A stretch of 64,000 nucleotides of DNA from the NCBI GenBank assembly GCA_001179505.1, contig CDMY01000397.1, positions 23,552-87,551 of the forward strand, given 5' to 3'. Below are positions 60,049-64,000 of the stretch, piece by piece; the first letter of the stretch is position 1; each line of letters opens with the position of its first letter. Under the pieces are notes generated by a model. That model had not been told where the DNA came from. It made no database searches and saw only the letters and a program-made list of their open reading frames with translations. Both the position numbers and the translations under genes were made by a program. Origin of the DNA: Vitrella brassicaformis CCMP3155 (Eukaryota; Protista; Chromerida).

Positions 60049-62060
60049 ACGAGACCATGGCATCGATCAGCCCAAGAAAGCGGCAGCGGTAACCGCTGCT
60101 GCTGCCGATGGGTCGATGATGTGTGACGGTGAGACGTCGTCAGGACAGCCGGCTGCTTTCCCCTCCATCTTGACGGCCAATGGCGGCGGCGGCGGTGACG
60201 CAGACACGCAAAACGGGATGGGGAGGGAGGACTGGAGGCAGCCTCGACAAGGAGGCAGGGAGGGAGCCGACGACGAGCCCACGATGGCTGCCTGGAAGCG
60301 CTCGCTGCTCTTAAAGAGTAGTGGCGTGGAAGGGCAGCCATAGATCGGTGGGCGGGGCTGACTGTCCGTCAGCCCCATCAGTGGCCAAGGCCCTCAAGGC
60401 CCCGCATTTCCACGCGTGTCCACACGTCGGCTCCCCCCAGCCCGCCACGGATAGTCATCGCGCACACCACCACATCACTGCAGCAGCAGAGACCACACCC
60501 CCCCTGTGCGACAGCTGCCGCTGCTTCCTCTATCAGTGACGCCCTGCTGCCAATCGAGCCCACACAGCCCGGCCACCCCATCCCCAGCCGCAGCGAGGAG
60601 CTGTGCCCGACCATGGCCAACCTGGGCGGCATCGAGAGGGGTGCTGACGGGGGCGAGGCCAGCCGGCAGACCCCCACATTGCAACCACTTCTCTCCACCC
60701 AGCGGCGAGGGCTACACGAGGACGCCATCCACTGTGTGCCGGAGTGATGGCGACCAGAGCGGGGGCGCACCTGACGTATCTGACGCTGTCGAGAGCGGCG
60801 ATGGGACCGACGGCAATTTTCTGTTCAGCACATCGGCATGGGGGGGACAGTGATCTGGACCAGCAGTCAGGACACGCCACCAACGGCAATGACAACAACG
60901 GCGACAGCCCCACGACGGGCCTCACGGGGCTCTTCGGCAATGATAATGGCGTCTCGGGCAGCGCATGGGGCAACAACGGGCAGAAAAACTTCTTCGGCAA
61001 CAGGCGATCTGGTCCGTCACACAACCAGGAAGACGGAGAACGATGGCGAGCAGTGTGTGGGGGTGTCTGTGCGTGCAGGTGTGGGCGGCCAGTCCATGTC
61101 GACGACCCGTCCGTCCAACGAGCGTGGCATCAAGATCGAGATCAAGAAGCAGATGCTCGACGCGTCCATCATCAACAGCACCACAGCAGACGCCGCCGGC
61201 ATCGGCAACGCCACAGCCTCCCCCCCTCCCGAGGCACCCGACCCAGCACCCCCTCCCCTACTCAGTGGCAGCCCCCTGACCACACAGACCACCACCACCA
61301 CAACACCAGCAACACCAGCAGCAGGATGACGAGACCATGGCATCGATCAGCCCAAGAAAGCGGCAGCGGTAACCGCTGCTGCTGCCGATGGGTCGATAAT
61401 GTGTGACGGTGAGACGTCGTCAGGACAGCCGGCTGCTTTCCCCTCCATCTTGACGGCCAATGGCGGCGGCGGCGGTGACGCAGACACGCAAAACGGGATG
61501 GGGAGGGAGGACTGGAGGCAGCCTCGACAAGGAGGCAGGGAGGGAGCCGACGACGAGCCCACGATGGCTGCCTGGAAGCGCTCACTGCTCTTAAAGAGTA
61601 GTGGCGTGGAAGGGCAGCCATAGATCGGTGGGCGGGGCTGACTGTCCGTCAGCCCCATCAGTGGCCAAGGCCCTCAAGGCCCCGCATTTCCACGCGTGTC
61701 CACACGTCGGCTCCCCCCAGCCCGCCACGGATAGTCATCGCGCACACCACCACATCACTGCAGCAGCAGAGACCACACCCCCCCTGTGCGACAGCTGCCG
61801 CTGCTTCCTCTATCAGTGACGCCCTGCTGCCAATCGAGCCCACACAGCCCGGCCACCCCATCCCCAGCCGCAGCGAGGAGCTGTGCCCGACCATGGCCAA
61901 CCTGGGCGGCATCGAGAGGGGTGCTGGCGGGGGCGAGGCCAGCCGGCAGACCCCCGGGGGCGAGGCCAGCCGGCAGACCCCCACATTGCAACCACTTCTC
62001 TCCACCCAGCGGCGAGGGCTACACGAGGACGCCATCCACTGTGTGCCGGAGTGATGGCAA
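59560..62060 (+). repeat. Direct tandem segmental duplication, period 1280 bp (~59560-60760 and ~60840-62060)
   Basis: Lines 59881/61161, 60301/61581 and others are essentially identical at an offset of 1280. Copy 2 carries an extra ~27-bp internal duplication (ggcgaggccagccggcagacccc, ~61931-61981). Confidence 0.95.
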
Positions 62061-63724
62061 CGAGAGCGGGGGCGCACCAGATGCGTCTCGCGTGGCATAC
62101 CGACAGTGCCGCCGTGTCTTCGAGCGTCACGGGCGTCCCGGGCAGGGCGGGGGCATGGGAGGCGGCAGCGATGGGCTCGCGACGGTGTCTCACAGCAGGG
62201 GTCTGCCTACACACCAGCAACAGGGGAGCGGGCGGAAGATGTCACGGCCATCCTAGAGGACACTGGAGGGAAATCGAGACACAGGTACATCGCATCGACA
62301 CACACACACACATACAAACACACACACGTCCCCACTGTCTTCATTTTCTTCGTCAGGTTGAGCCCTCCGGCGCCATGGTGTCCGTCTGGCGGTCGCCACA
62401 GGCAAGTCCCTTCGCGGCCTCCCGAACACCCACAGAGTGTCTCGGCAAACCAAGCCCCCAAATGGTCACGGAGATCTGTCGGAGCTCTCTGTGGACCAGC
62501 AGAACGCCCTCTTTGTCGGGGATGCTAGTGGACGGATCTGCAGATGGCCCGCACCGCCGGCGTGATGCCCGTGGGTGTGGGGTGGGGCCCGAGCCGCCCT
62601 CCTGTCTGCATGCGGGGGTGCGGAGTGCTGGCGGTACTGGTGGATGGGTGCATGTGCATCCTCCGACATACTGACTGAGTGACTGAGTGCATATTTTTGG
62701 TGTGTTTCCCATTCATTCACCCATGATGGGTGCGGTGCGGTGCGGTGCGGTGCGTGAGATGCGTGTAGTGGCGTGAGCCTAAGGCCATGCCTGTGTGCAT
62801 CCGTGTCGACTCACTGACTCACTGACTCACTCACTGACTGTAGTTTTATGGTATTTTTGGTCCACGATATGGTTCATTCATTCATTCGACATACTCACTG
62901 ACTCACTCACTCCACTCACCCAAAATGTGCTGTTTGTGTGGATGTATAACGGCAGCCACCCACTGACTCACTGACTGCTCCTCTACTGCTTTGGCGCTTT
63001 TGGGTGCGGCCCGCTCCATATCACACCCGACCGCCAAGACACACTTGTCGTCCGTGGCGCCTCTGTGTGTCTGTCCGGTTTGATTAATCGGCGCACCCAC
63101 GGATCCGATTGACTAACTAAGACGACTACCTCTCACCACACTGCACACGGCACCACACGACACGACACTGACCTGTAGCCGTCTGCAGGCCTTATGTTCG
63201 TTCGGTGGCTGACCTGCACACATGTGTCTGTTTTCGTCACACACACATGATGATGTGTGTGTGGCTGTGTAGGCTTTTAGAGAGTAGCACTGGCTGGCTG
63301 GAGGGTCGACTCGCACCCACTGGGCTGTGGCCAGGCCTTGCCGCCCGCACCGATTGGTTTGGACCGGACATCGCTGACGACTTGACTCCCTGCCGACTGT
63401 CCTGGTCCAGCTTTGTTTGTGTGTATCATTCTCGCACACACAGACGTGTGGCCTGGCCTCGTGAGCTCTTTGTTGCTGGCGCTCCCTCCCCCCTCACTCG
63501 GGCGGCAGACAGGCGTTTCCTGTGTCTGTGTGCCTAGCCGCTGACAGTGTGCCTGCCTGTCTGCAGTCAGTCAGTGCAGTGAGTGGTCCGCCGTCTGTGG
63601 GATGCTCCCTGTCGGCAGCATGATGATTTTGTGAATGCTCGAGCTTGTCTGTTTGTTATGTGACTCCCCTCTCCCTCCATCCGGCCGGCCTTGCTGTGTG
63701 ATGTGATGTGTGTGTGCGTGCCTG

Positions 63725-63985
63725 TGTGCGTCGCTTTGTGTGTGTGATTGGGTGCGGATAATGATGATGAACAAACAGGTGGGCTGTCCGTTTGACCGTG
63801 TGTGTCAGAGGTATCGCTGGGCGTGTCGGTCACCGGCACACTCAGAGGAGAGGCGGGGAGGGAGGGGTCAGGAAGGTGACATCTGATGATGTGCATAGAC
63901 TCATCGATGCGCTGCAGTGCAATGCATGCAATGCAAGCAATGCAATCGATGGCCTCGGCATACAACCAAGTATCAAAACGCCACA
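63725..63985 (+). repeat. Copy of the upstream region of the 57755 gene (57315-57550), offset ~6410 bp
   Basis: gggctgtccgtttgaccgtgtgtgtcagaggtatcgctgggcgtgtcggtcaccggcacactca occurs at 57371 and 63781. Also shared: gatgtgcatagactcatcgatgcgctgca and caaccaagt.tcaaaacgccacaa. Confidence 0.9.
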
Positions 63986-64000
63986 AGCAAGCGCCCGATC

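Noticed and set aside
59630-60960. GLFG motif suggesting a nucleoporin
   Set aside because: Only one GLFG per copy. FG nucleoporins carry many repeats.
1-64000. rRNA, tRNA, transposase/reverse-transcriptase genes, or an alternative genetic code
   Set aside because: No such signatures were recognised by eye (tRNAscan/Infernal/RepeatMasker not run). TAA, TAG and TGA all serve as terminal stops in conserved genes, so the single internal TAG does not support code reassignment.

Overview
This is intron-rich eukaryotic genomic DNA with GC-rich codons and short (~55-110 nt) GT-AG introns full of (CA/GT)n, (GACT)n, (GATG)n and (CAGA)n microsatellites. The style and gene families suggest a chromerid alveolate such as Vitrella brassicaformis (inference, not tested). 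Conserved core: mitochondrial ribosomal uL24 (partial, left edge), a secreted histidine acid phosphatase, a CFAP97/Hemingway-like protein, a complete 16.8-kb DNAH1-like axonemal dynein heavy chain, a NO66/MINA53-type JmjC oxygenase and an EF-hand protein. Accessory content: a BTB protein with two TLDc-like domains; a large secreted beta-helix protein with two tandem unknown C-terminal domains; a Cys-rich protein ending in ~29 hexapeptide repeats; a highly divergent kinase-like gene; a Pro/Ala/His-rich C-terminal cassette shared by three loci; and 1.28-kb and 6.4-kb-offset duplications. The most striking non-coding signals are a 102-nt near-perfect foldback (38-bp arms, one mismatch, flanked by a TGGGG direct repeat) at 4119-4220 and a 3.8-kb mosaic repeat array at 47-50.8 kb. 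Four accessory genes carry an apparent single nonsense or frameshift lesion. No rRNA, tRNA, CRISPR array or autonomous transposon was recognised. All exon structures were traced by eye and the coordinates of multi-exon genes are approximate.
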